Shown here: positions 1 to 10,276 of the stretch, piece after piece
Layout: each line of letters starts with the position of its first letter
Numbering within the stretch: the stretch's first letter is position 1
Source of the DNA: Zygophlyctis sp. KS116
Taxonomy: Eukaryota; Fungi; Chytridiomycota
DNA length: 17,053 nt
Reading direction: 5' to 3'
NCBI GenBank assembly: GCA_054661495.1
Contig: BAAFSQ010000217.1
Location: 1 to 17,053, forward strand
Notes under the pieces: generated by a model
Databases searched by the model: none
Seen by the model: only the letters and a program-made list of their open reading frames with translations
What the model was told of the DNA's origin: nothing
Made by a program: the position numbers and the translations under genes

Positions 1-143
1 TTAAACAAACAAAAATGAGAAGAGTTTCATTTTCGGACAAACTAGATTTCATTCCAGCAGACTACAAAATTGAATCCTCTAATCATAAATCATTTAATGG
101 CATTGCTTCAAAACTAAGGACATTGATGAGGATATCAGCATAA
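1..143 (+). CDS. 3' end (partial) of a small uncharacterised protein with an RVxF-type motif; paralog of 2541..2946
   Basis: Open frame reading ...KQTKMRRVSFSDKLDFIPADYKIESSNHKSFNGIASKLRTLMRISA, TAA at 141-143. The single difference from the copy at 2804-2947 is synonymous (CTA/TTA, Leu), and identity ends 1 nt after the stop. Confidence 0.6.
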   Translation, partial: KQTKMRRVSFSDKLDFIPADYKIESSNHKSFNGIASKLRTLMRISA

Positions 144-144
144 A
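1..144 (+). repeat. Direct repeat copy A (143/144 identical to 2804..2947)
   Basis: Direct string comparison; the only mismatch is C42 vs T2845. It probably extends left of the window. Confidence 0.97.
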
Positions 145-364
145 AGATTGGAATAAATTGTAGAATGTTTTTTATTTATTGTTTTGATTTTCTCGGGAGA
201 CTGATGATCCGATCGTGGTTGAGCATCAAATGATCTTCTGGCAGTCGATTTAAGGGATTATCAGTAAGATGATCAATGGGGGTGGATTTAAAAATATTCT
301 TGCATTTACTATTAATGCTTGTAGCCTTTGCCACAGAGTCCAAACCTGTCTTCCGAACTCGATA

Positions 365-821
365 ATGATTAAATTTATTCTAGTTCAGAACAGGCAGGGA
401 AAGACTAGATTATCTAAATGGTGTATAACTCTGTCACAAGAAGAAAGGCAAAAGCTATCAATGGATGTTCATAAAATAGTTGCTATCAGAGATGCTAAAA
501 ATCAATCCAACTTTGCTGAATTTCGTAATTATAAAATAGTGTATAGAAGATATGCAGGATTATACTTTTGCTTTGTCACCGACCCGGCCGATAATGAGCT
601 GGCAACATTAGAAGCGTAATTTTACATTTATTAACTATAGAATTCATCTGTTTGTTGAAGTTTTAGATGCCTTCTTTAAAAATGTATGTGAATTAGATCT
701 AGTCTTCAACTTTTACAAATGCTATTCACTCTTGGATGAATTTTGTCTCTCTGGTGAAATACAGGAAACATCAAAACTAAAGCTAGTCTCTAGATTAGAA
801 CAGTTGGACCGATTAGAATAA
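365..821 (+). CDS. APS2: AP-2 adaptor complex small subunit sigma (143 aa); exons 365-615, 641-821
   Basis: [19 protein letters not shown]...[12 protein letters not shown]...LEA|[26 protein letters not shown]...GEIQETSK...LEQLDRLE*. A 25-nt GT-AG intron (616-640) restores the frame, and length and motifs match clathrin adaptor sigma-2. Confidence 0.93.
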
Positions 822-1050
822 AGTTTTGTCCGGTTACTTTTGCCACTGTTCCTGACCAAGCCGCCTTCACATCGACTTCTTTCCAACTGCTCTTGCGATT
901 TCAGCCCACAATAATGATCCTTCCAGTAGAAAAGTCGATTTGTCCGATTTCGTGTACGATTCAAATAGGATATATTAAAGCTTTTTATAATTATAAAAAA
1001 ACTAGATAAAATACTTCTGATGATATTCAGCCATTGATTTTCTCCTTTCA

Positions 1051-2011
1051 TCAATATTTCAATACTAAAGTATTACAATTACAAACATCCATTTGGAGAA
1101 GTATTTCAAATAGGTTTCCTTTTTCGCATGATTCCAATTGCGCTCGATGAATTGATGCGAGTAAAAGCTTCACTATTTCCACATTTCTTTTTTTTATAGC
1201 ATACCGTAATGCTTGATTACATTTGTATATTGGATCAACTCTATCATCCTGTATTAAAAGTTGAAGAATATCCACGTTTCTTTTTTTAATTGCATACCGT
1301 AATGCTTGATTATCCTGATCTGAAGGATCAACTCTATGATCCTGTAGTAAAAGTTGAAGAATATCCACGTGCCCCCTTTCAGCAGCATTTATAATTGCAT
1401 CATTTCTTTGGTATGAAGGTCAACTTTAGGATCTGACAGTAGGAAGGAAGCGAACAACGCCAGCATGTCCTTGGGATGAAGCCCAAACAATACAATTATC
1501 ATAGTATCCAAAATTCGGTTCCAAATGTGAAAATGGACAATATCCAAATGTCCGTATGTACAGGCTGCCTTGAGTGCATCTTTCCTATATATTGAAATTT
1601 CAAATCCATATTCATCAAAAAGTAGCTCTAAAACATCCAATTGTCTATATTTACATGCCATATGCAAAGGACAATACCAGCTTCCTTTATATTTCTTGAG
1701 AGTATTTTTGACCAATTCAAGATCTTGACTTAAAATGGCCAACCTGACTTTCTCAATATCTTGAGCAATCGATTGAAAGCTAGAATTCTTAAAAATCGCT
1801 TTGGCAAGACTGGGCTTGACTATTATAATGACACCAAAAACGTCTGTGATGACTTGTCCAGTACCATGTTTGGCTCATAATAATGATACTGATAAGAAAT
1901 GTCTTCCGAAAGATCAAGAGCCGTACATAGTTTAATTGCATCATCAAGCCGTAGCTTTTCCATGATCATCATCAGGATCTCTGATGGAATCTTTCTGATA
2001 AAACATTTCAT
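1051..2011 (-). pseudogene. Intronless F-box-like + ankyrin-repeat gene, frameshifted
   Basis: The N-terminus IRKIPSEILMMIMEKL..DAIKL resembles an F-box. Ankyrin motifs (ACTYGHLDIV, WASSQGHAGVVRFL, AAERGHVDILQLLLQDHRVDPSDQDNQALRYA) are spread over different frames. About 4 frameshifts (near 1830-1875, 1525, 1445 with a TTCC duplication, and 1405) that I could not repair with GT-AG introns. Confidence 0.8.
1180..1370 (-). repeat. 93-bp tandem repeat encoding 31-aa ankyrin units
   Basis: GCATACCGTAATGCTTGATT occurs at 1199 and 1292. The units translate as DILQLL(L/I)QD(H/D)RVDP....NQALRYAIKKRNV. Confidence 0.9.
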
Positions 2012-2339
2012 TTTTGACTGTCAGCCTTGACCCTGGGAATTTCGGACAAAATGTGGACGATCTGCATCTCGATGCATGTTATATCATATAAAACAGTCTG
2101 AATAAATGTCTTGAGCTATAGATCTTGATAAAGATAAGTTTCGAAAAACTGCATTTTTCAACAATTTTTCTACAGATTGTTTTTCTAGAACATCTCAGCT
2201 CATTAAAAAATCACAATCGGATAAAAAAGAGATTCAATGATCAGAATGCATCAACTTAGAACGTACGAGCAAAATTAGTAATGCACTGATATCTATTGGT
2301 TTAAATATGGTAGGATTTTCAATCAAACTTTGTTTAATT

Positions 2340-2418
2340 TCCGATTTTTACGATTTATAAATTACTGTCCGATTCCTTAGCCATTTGCTGACAAATCCGA
2401 TCTAATTCACTGGTCCGA
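2340..2418 (+). promoter_or_regulatory. Cluster of four TCCGA motifs upstream of the ATG at 2541
   Basis: TCCGA at 2340, 2368, 2396 and 2414 (spacing 28, 28, 18). The same motif lies upstream of most other genes in the window. Confidence 0.45.
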
Positions 2419-2540
2419 CACATCGGGTGATGCAATTCACCACCATTCGAGCGCCTTAAATTTAGTTCTGGATTGGTTTTCAGGAAAATCATGTATGTCC
2501 GGCTAAATAAATCTCGATTGCTAGTTACATTTAAATAAAA

Positions 2541-2946
2541 ATGCAAAAAGCATTCATGCCAAACTCTATTCAAGATCCTATTCTATTAACAATTCTTGCA
2601 AGCAGACCAAAAGTTTTTGATGATGTATCTCCAGCCGATGAGCTTGAAAGACAAAACAGAATGATTGGAATGCTGAAATCATCTAAAATTAGCAGCTGAT
2701 AATGCTAATCAGAAATGGCAATCGTCTCTGCTTGATAGTGATTCTCCATCAGATGAATCCACCTCTAGAGGCTCTGATCAAACCTTGGACTCCAACCATA
2801 CCATTAAACAAACAAAAATGAGAAGAGTTTCATTTTCGGACAAATTAGATTTCATTCCAGCAGACTACAAAATTGAATCCTCTAATCATAAATCATTTAA
2901 TGGCATTGCTTCAAAACTAAGGACATTGATGAGGATATCAGCATAA
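2541..2946 (+). CDS. Small uncharacterised protein (~126 aa) with RRVSF (PP1-docking RVxF-like) motif; needs a 25-nt GA-AG intron (2668-2692), otherwise a frameshifted pseudogene
   Basis: ATG at 2541 follows AAAA. MQKAFMPNSIQDPILLTILASRPKVFDDVSPADELERQNRMI joins AADNANQKWQ...KMRRVSFSDKL...RISA* only if 3n+1 nt are removed. Confidence 0.55.
2668..2692 (+). other. Candidate non-canonical 25-nt GA-AG intron
   Basis: GAATGCTGAAATCATCTAAAATTAG: typical length, 3' end like CTAAAACTAG of intron 16338-16361, and removal restores the frame. Confidence 0.45.
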
Positions 2947-2947
2947 A
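2804..2947 (+). repeat. Direct repeat copy B (143/144 identical to 1..144)
   Basis: Direct string comparison with the window start. Confidence 0.97.
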
Positions 2948-3097
2948 TATATCACACTTTATTTATTATCTGATTGTTTTAAGAAATGAACCCGGACCTA
3001 GCTACGTTACGACGGTAGTAACTTGATAGTTTAGGATCTCATTTATGAGTAGTATTTAAGCTCAAAGATAAAAAACAGACTAGATAACTAACATAGC

Positions 3098-4625
3098 TTA
3101 TGATTTGCGAGCCATTGAGTTATTTTTACTTAATCCTCGATCAATTGCAGTGCGTGCAGCAACGCTACTGATTTTTAGAGTTAATTTAAGCAAAGTGTTG
3201 TTTCTAGAAAGGGCGGATGCAAATGCTTCCTCAGCATAAGATCCAGTCGAATATTTTTGATTCGCCAGATTAAGCTCTAGTAGAGATGTATTTGCTTTCA
3301 ACATTTCTGCAATCTCTCTCATTCCTTCTGGTTGAATCAAATTATTCTCCATGTTCAGAAATTTAAGGCTGCTATTTTTTTCCAATGCCTGAGATAATAA
3401 GTTAAATTAAAATACCTTTGCAATTTCAATAGCAGTGGATGTTTGTAATTGAATATTTGATAGATTCAACGACTCTAGATGAGTATTTTGCTGTATTGCT
3501 TTGGCCAACATAACACCATGAGAAGGACGAAAGACAGCTACATCTTTGAGATCTAAATTTTTTAAGGATTCATCATTATCTTCCAATAATTTGATCGATA
3601 ATAAAAGGTTTTCAATAATTGGATTTACTGCACGAACTGCTCCACTCATCAAGGGAGAAAAAGAAGCTGGGCTTGAATTCTTTCCATCAACTAAATCAAA
3701 CACTCGAGTAGTATTCATTTTAGCGGGACTCTTGACCGATATAGAGCTGATTTTACGTTCCAATTGACTACACTTATCCATACTGTTCCTAGTTTTGATT
3801 TCTAAATTATTTTTCACTGGTTGAGTTTTGTTTTCTTTCAATGATGTTTTCTCGTTACTCAACGCCTCCTGTGAACCTTTTGCAGTCGAGCATAAATCAT
3901 CTGAATCAGATATATGCCCCTCATTATGACTGGAATCTGAAACATTCTTGTCTGGGATAATTTTTTCCGCTTCACTCTGAATATCATCCTCTAAATTGCC
4001 TTGAGTATCAGCATTCAAATCCTTTTGTAAAAAGTCTGGTTGTTGCTTTTCCTTCAACTCTTTTGACGATAACGATTCTTGCGAACCACCTGGAGTAGAA
4101 CTTAACTCTGAAGCTCCATCCTCTACTTGTGCTCCATTATTCTCGACTGGGTTTTCATCTAAAATATCAGGAACTATAGCATCAGACTTTTGATCTTTAG
4201 ATTTTTCAGATCCTGTAAGCCAAGTTGTCCAAGTTTTAATAGAAGAAATAGCACCATTTTCATTTTCATGAGGTCCATTATCTTTTTGATCTATTTCCTT
4301 GGCAATTTGAATAGAAGATTGTATAAGTGCATCTTTCTGAGAATTAGATTTATCCACCCACGATCCTACAGGAAGATCATATTCTTTTACATCAACCCAA
4401 GCTGGATCGTTTTTGAGACTTTTAAGGGAGCCAGAATCTTTTGGGGATTGAATATCCACTTTTCTACCTTTAACAATCAACTTTTGCTCTTGTTTATTCA
4501 AATCCAGTGAAATATCTGGACCTCCTCCTTCTGAATGATTATCAGAAAGATTTAAGCTGTCGGTCTTTTCGGCATCATGAGACTATGGTATTAGATATCA
4601 GCTAACTTACAGTAGAGTTTTCCAT
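3098..4625 (-). CDS. Tropomodulin/leiomodin-like protein: long low-complexity N-terminus and C-terminal Tmod-type LRR domain (~490 aa); exons 4625-4611, 4582-3416, 3388-3098
   Basis: NP...LEDNDESLKNLDL...LAKAIQQNTHLESLNL...IAKALEKNSSLKFLNMENNLIQPEG...NTSLLELNLANQ....G...E...A..L.RNNTLLKL...R.AIDRGLSKNNSMARKS parallels the tropomodulin LRR-cap domain. Introns 4583-4610 (28 nt) and 3389-3415 (27 nt) are both GT-AG. Confidence 0.8.
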
Positions 4626-4741
4626 TTTTAAATTGTTTACTGAACGCCACTGACAGCCATCTGCGTCCAGTTCACGATTTGGTCGGTGCGACTCAACAAG
4701 TTCGGACAAATCTTATTTTACTTTTTATTGCTCAGAGATAA
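4626..4741. promoter_or_regulatory. 116-bp bidirectional promoter between the tropomodulin-like and CatSper4-like genes
   Basis: Divergent ATGs at 4625 (-) and 4742 (+). Locally GC-richer, and contains TTCGGACAAA (4701) and CTGACAG (4650), both also present upstream of the ankyrin gene. Confidence 0.65.
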
Positions 4742-6523
4742 ATGCCAAGGAGGAAATCTTTATTTGGCAACGTATCAGGAATAGATGAAACTGCAGGAGT
4801 GGTATTATTTGGTATCATAATGAAAAGCCTTCAATTCCGGACCCACTTAAAGTTCACAAGAAACTGCATGCAATTGATAGAAACCCATATTTTGCACCTA
4901 CTGTTAAAGTTATCAATGTTAGCAATGGATCCAAAGAGCCTGAAAAAGAGCAAGGGAATAATACAGTCTCCTACGAAAAAGTTCGTGAGCTCATCTTTGG
5001 GAAGGCTTTTAGATATGTAAGACTCTTGATATGTTATTCTAGAATGTGACTAAAGCTGAACAAAAGCAAATCAATTTTGTAGATATCGCAGACTTGGATG
5101 ATGGTATGAACATGTTTTTAAATGATAGAGGCGTTGGAAAATGCTGTTACTGACGATTTGGCTGCAAGATTTGGCGAAAGTGATGGTTTTAAATTAATCA
5201 TGCTCTTTATCATATTATTTCATACTTTGTGCGAGGCAGTAGCTACATATCCTCAAGTTTACAATTTATTTCCTACCGGGTTCTTTTTAATTGATAATAT
5301 CTTTTTGGGATTGTATATCATGGAAATCTTGTTTAAGTGGTACTATGGATTTTTAGACTTTTGGAGGAGTTTATGGAATGTAATGGATTTGTGCATTACT
5401 ATATGCTTTTGTTTAAAATCATGTAATTTAAGAAATATAACTTTAGATAACTCATTCTTGGGAAGACTTAATGTGTTTCGTATTCTGCGATTTTTACAGA
5501 AATTTAAATCAAAGTCTTTGGGATGGATTGCAGGAATGCAAGTCGTTGTAACGACTATTGCGGAATCAGTACCAGGTATAATGACAAATTTAAGATAATA
5601 GATATGGCCAATATCGCAGTATTATTAGGAATCTTGATGTATATATATAAATTAAATGTAGGTATATATATTCTGTCGTTGGTGTTGCATTATTTCAAGA
5701 CATTGCACCAAATGATTTTGGAAATTTAGGAAAAGGTATTTATTTTTGTAATAATAACAAAATCAGCCATGTTTACTCTTTTCATTACATTTACACAAAT
5801 TGGATGGGTATCAATCCTTGATAAACTTGAAAATCATGGATATTTTTTAGCAGGAAGCATTTATTTCATATCATTCATTCTAATTGGAGTTGTTATATTT
5901 GTAAAGACTGTAGTTGCAGTAGTCGTTGCAAATTTAGAGGATGCATATCAACATCAGAAACTATTGGGAAAAATGAAGAAAAAAGTTCTAAAATCTAACA
6001 ATCAAGATTCAAATAGTAAGTTTTAATACTTACCTTCTAGTCCAAGTTAAAGAAACATTAGCTAAACCTCCTGAAGGAGATGCAGATGTCTGGTTTAATC
6101 AAATTCCTTTTGAAATACCTGTATCGAATTTTTTTACTTAATATTAGAATCTTGATAAGATTTCTAAAGATCAATTTGAACGATATGTTTTAGTAGTTTC
6201 TATCATGGAAGAAAACCTTAAAGAATATGTTAAACTAAAGAACAAATTAGATTCGGTAATAATATTTGAAATATAATGTAAATAGATTCTGCAAGAAGTC
6301 AAATCTCTAAATTTAAACAACAAGCGGACATATTCAGACCTTTCCATCAAGAAAGAAGAGGTATTGTAGAGTGTATTTTTACTTGTAGTCCGAAGCCCCA
6401 CAACCTTCTAACCCACGAAACGGACGTCGACAATCCTCTTTTTTCAGTTTTGGAGATTCCTTTCGGAGAGCATCTTTCTTTACTAAAAATGTATCAGCAG
6501 ATGATAAGAAGGAGAATACATAG
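4742..6523 (+). CDS. CATSPER4: CatSper4-like six-TM voltage-gated cation channel alpha subunit (~496 aa, 12 exons)
   Basis: S2-S3 EILFKWYYGFLDFWRSLWNVMD, S4 RLNVFRILRFLQK, S4-S5 ESVPDMANI (CatSper4-type), pore TLFITFTQIGW and C-terminal coiled coil EENLKEYVKLKNKLDSILQEV. GT-AG introns at 4802-4827, 5017-5042, 5104-5128, 5423-5446, 5576-5601, 5639-5661, 5736-5766, 6016-6040, 6121-6147, 6256-6285 and 6361-6388 give one continuous frame. Confidence 0.85.
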
Positions 6524-6602
6524 TATTTGTTATTAAACATTGGATCAGATTTAGTCCGAAGACCTAGTTAAGTTGCATTTGAAATTTGAGTTTATAATCA
6601 AT

Positions 6603-7777
6603 ATGCTGAAAACGTTTTTATTCCTTTTGCAATTGACTGTATCACTTGTCATCATTAGGAATGTCTCGTACACAGAAATAGACTTTAAAACATACATGCA
6701 ACAAGTTGAAATGTTTTTACAAGGAACCGTAAACTATCCTAAAATCCATGGTAACTGCGCTTATTTAAATTTCAAGGAGATACAGGACCGCTGGTATATC
6801 CGGCCGGATTTTTATATGTTTATTCTGTAATTTATTATATATCGGACACTGGCACAAACATTTTCAATGCACAATTGTTTTTTGCAGTCTTACAGTCTTT
6901 AACGCTATCGATCCTTTCAATTTTATTCAAAGGAACAAGGATTCCCAATTGGACGATTTTTCTCTTACTACTCTCTAAAAGAATTCAATCAATTTACACG
7001 CTACGACTATTTAATGACCCAATTGCAATGTTTTTCTTGTATTTATCTCTGTTATCGCTTAAAAAGAAATATTATAATCTCTCTGGACTTTTATTTTCAT
7101 TTGGCCTCTCTGTAAAAATGAATATTTTACTCTTTTTGCCTGGATATGCTCTTGTTTTACTTGGAGAAATTGGATTAATGAAATCACTTATCGTGGGTTT
7201 AGGTGTAGGTCTTACTCAAGTGATGATTGGTCTTCCGTTCCTGTTGGCCAACTATAAAGGATATTTATCCAAAGCCTTTGAATTTAATCGGACCTTTGAT
7301 TACAAATGGACAGTAAACTGGAAGTTTTTAGAGGAAAATGTATTTTACAGTTTTACTTTTTCTAGAGTATTACTATTGATGCATCTAATCACTTTAAGTC
7401 TATTTTTACTCTTTAAATGGGAAAATGGATTTCAAGGAGTCTTTAATCTATTTCTAAAACCCGGTAAATCCAGAAAATTTGATGAAATTCTCTTTATAAT
7501 ATTTACTAGTAATTTTATAGGAATTATATTTTCACGTTCATTGCATTACCAGTTCTACTCTTGGTATTTTTACACTCTACCATATCTATTATGGTCTATA
7601 AATTTACATAATCTTTCTAGAATCCTATTATTAGGAATTATAGAAGCTTGTTGGAATGTGTATCCATCTTCTAGTCTTGTTTCTGGAATTTTATTTTCAT
7701 GTCATATATTTATACTGATCTGTCTCTTTACTCATTCACTTGGCGACCGTGCTATTAAAACTGATAAGATCATATAA
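6603..7777 (+). CDS. ALG3: Dol-P-Man:Man5GlcNAc2-PP-Dol alpha-1,3-mannosyltransferase (~382 aa); exons 6603-6750, 6777-7777
   Basis: VSYTEIDFKTYMQQV, GDTGPLVYPAG (across the 26-nt intron 6751-6776), SKRIQSIYTLRLFND, SVKMN, KWTVNWKF, FSRSLHYQFYSWY, WNVYPS. Confidence 0.95.
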
Positions 7778-8004
7778 GACATCCTTTAAGAAAATTTTTA
7801 CCATCTGTTTTTTCCTCTAGTGCTAGTGCTTTTAGTGACTATAAGCTTAAAGGAGAAACTTATAACCTAGTTGAACCCACTAGCCCACTAGCCCAGTGTG
7901 GCAATCTTGATAATGGACCTATTGACTGTTGGGCGCTAGGAGAAATGTCTAGGATACTGATAAGACAACGTGGAACCATGGGCAGCCCTAATTATTTGTA
8001 AAAT

Positions 8005-10230
8005 ATGGGCTTGCTATCACTAGGAACACCGCTGGACTGGGATGATGCATCCATGTATTTGGGGTATGTAAAGGAACAAGGGATTTTGCAGTTTTTGAAT
8101 ATCTGGAATAAAGTCAAGTCTAGGACTAGAGACCAGTTGATATGGGGCGATGAAATTGAATATATTCTTGTCGTGTTTGATTCTCAAGAGAAAAAAGTTA
8201 AAGTGTCGTTGGATGCACAGGAATTACTCTCAAGACTCAATGAAACAATGTACAATTTTACTCTTTTAATAATAGACAAAATGAATCTTCTTGGCATCCA
8301 GAGTATGGAAGGTACATGCTAGAATGTATTTTCCAAATTTTAATAATTTAGCAACTCCGAAAGTTCCTTATGGTTCGCATTTACGTGATTTGTTGAAAGT
8401 AGAGGAAAATATTGTCAGTAGAAAGAAATTAGTTAATACATTGTTAGGACCTAATCAGGCACTACTAACAATTACTAATTTCCCAAGATTGGGATGTGAA
8501 GGATTTACATTTCCTGTAAAATATCCAACTCCGAATCAAGGACCGTCTAGATCACTGTTTTTACCTTTAGAAACTATTAATGCACATGCTAGATTTCCTA
8601 CATTGACACAAAATATAAGGAAGAGAAGAGGTTCAAAAGTTGCAATTAATGTACCAATATTTAGAGATATTCAAACTCCAATACCATTTATAGAAATGAT
8701 TCAGTCTGAAAGAATAATAGACTTGGAAAAAGATGCAAAAGTTGATCATGTTTATATGGATGCTATGGGATTTGGAATGGGTTGTGCTTGTTTACAGGTT
8801 ACTTTTCAGGCTTGTTCGGTTGAAGAAGCTAGGAGATTATACGATCAATTGGCAGTTATTACTCCTTTAATGGTATACTCATGGTTGATGCTTAAATTTA
8901 GTTGTCGATTTCGGCTGGTTCTCCTATTTTTAGAGGTTACTTGGTAGATGTAGATTGTAGATGGAATATTATTTCTGCAAGTGTGGATGATAGAACTCCT
9001 CAAGAGAGGGGGTTGGAGGTATAATGGTTTTATAGCTGAGTAATAGAAGTTGGATTCTTCTAAATATCGAATTTCGAAATCTCGTTATGATTCGATTTCT
9101 TTGTATTTGTCTCCTGGTCCTGTATATTCTGATGGATGTTGTTCAGGAGATGATGATAGTATTACTGATAGAATTCCAAATGGAAATTCAAGCTCCAAAA
9201 ATTTAAGAGAAACATTTTTCCAGCCAGAATTTAATGATTTGGATGTTTGTTATGATGAAAAAATATTTGAACAGCTTAAAGAGGGAGGTAGATTTATTTA
9301 TTTGTAATTTTTAGGAGTTGACGAGTATCTTGCTATGCATTATGCTCATCTTTTTATTAGAGATCCATTGGTGATATTCAAGGAACTCTTGAATCAAGAT
9401 AATTCTGCCAGCTCTGATCATTTTGAAAACATTCAGTCGACCAACTGGCAAACAATGAGATTCAAACCTCCTCCACCAAACTCTAATATTGGCTGGCGAG
9501 TTGAATTTAGAAGTATGGAAATTCAACTCACAGATACGGAAAATGCTGCATTTTCTACATTTGTCGTTTTATTGACACGAACGATTCTAAAGTATAATCT
9601 CAACTTTTACATACCATTGAGCAAGGTAATTTATTAAAATTCTAAAAAAAGGTTGACGAGAATATGAGAAAAGCACAAGTCCGAGACTCTGTTCGAACCC
9701 AATCATTCTGGTTCCGAAAAGAGATTTTAAGTAATTTATTGGAATTTATATTAGGTTGCCCAAAGAAGAAGGAATTGTATGAATATGCCATGAAATTATA
9801 CCAAGAAAAGGCAGCTGGCGCTCCAATTGTTCGTAATAATTCATCGCGAGCAGTATCAACAACATATTCTAATGTTGCTGAAAACTTGAAAAGTTCTCTT
9901 CCAAAGAGTTGTGAAGACTGTGATCTATTTACTATTAATGAAATCATGAATGGTAATCCTGATCGAAATTTCATTGGACTTATTCCACTTGTACGCTCCT
10001 ACATTGCGCTATCAAGTCTCAAAATGGAAGAATTTGAAAAACTCGACTATTATATTACAATAATTAGTGGTCGTTGTTCTGGAGACTTGCAGACTCCAGC
10101 ATCATGGATTCGCGATTTTGTATCACGACATCCTGAATATAGACACGATTCTATTGTAACTGATTCTATCAATTACGATCTGTGTCAAACAATTAAGGAT
10201 CTAGAAGGTATAGAGTATTCACGATATTAG
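8005..10230 (+). CDS. GSH1: Glutamate-cysteine ligase catalytic subunit (~679 aa, 8 exons)
   Basis: [105 protein letters not shown]. Introns at 8250-8275, 8326-8351, 8873-8901, 9019-9046, 9288-9314, 9626-9651 and 9731-9754. Confidence 0.96.
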
Positions 10231-10276
10231 TAGTTTAGTGCTCATTAAAAAAATCTTCCGAATCATTCAACTAAAA

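Noticed and set aside
269-364. N-terminal extension of the AP-2 sigma ORF (MINGGG...)
   Set aside because: Family similarity starts at MIKFIL (365), and the expected ~143-aa length is met without the extension.
722-1054. 110-aa minus-strand ORF
   Set aside because: Antisense to AP-2 sigma exon 2, with no recognisable motif.
1180-1370. 93-bp periodic repeat as a CRISPR-like array
   Set aside because: It is an in-frame ankyrin coding repeat with no unique spacers, in a eukaryotic context.
2355-2573. 72-aa minus-strand ORF
   Set aside because: TTG start, no motif, and it overlaps the TCCGA cluster and the start of the + strand gene.
1-2947. Direct repeats as LTRs of a retroelement
   Set aside because: The repeats look like coding sequence ending at a stop codon, lack a CA terminus, and enclose no gag/pol.
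2988-3040. Small hairpin CTACGT-TACG-ACGGTAG between convergent genes
   Set aside because: The stem is short, and I could not recognise snRNA, snoRNA or tRNA motifs; a covariance-model scan would be needed.
3546-4510. Plus-strand ORFs 3546-3767 and 4190-4510
   Set aside because: Antisense shadows of the tropomodulin-like gene.
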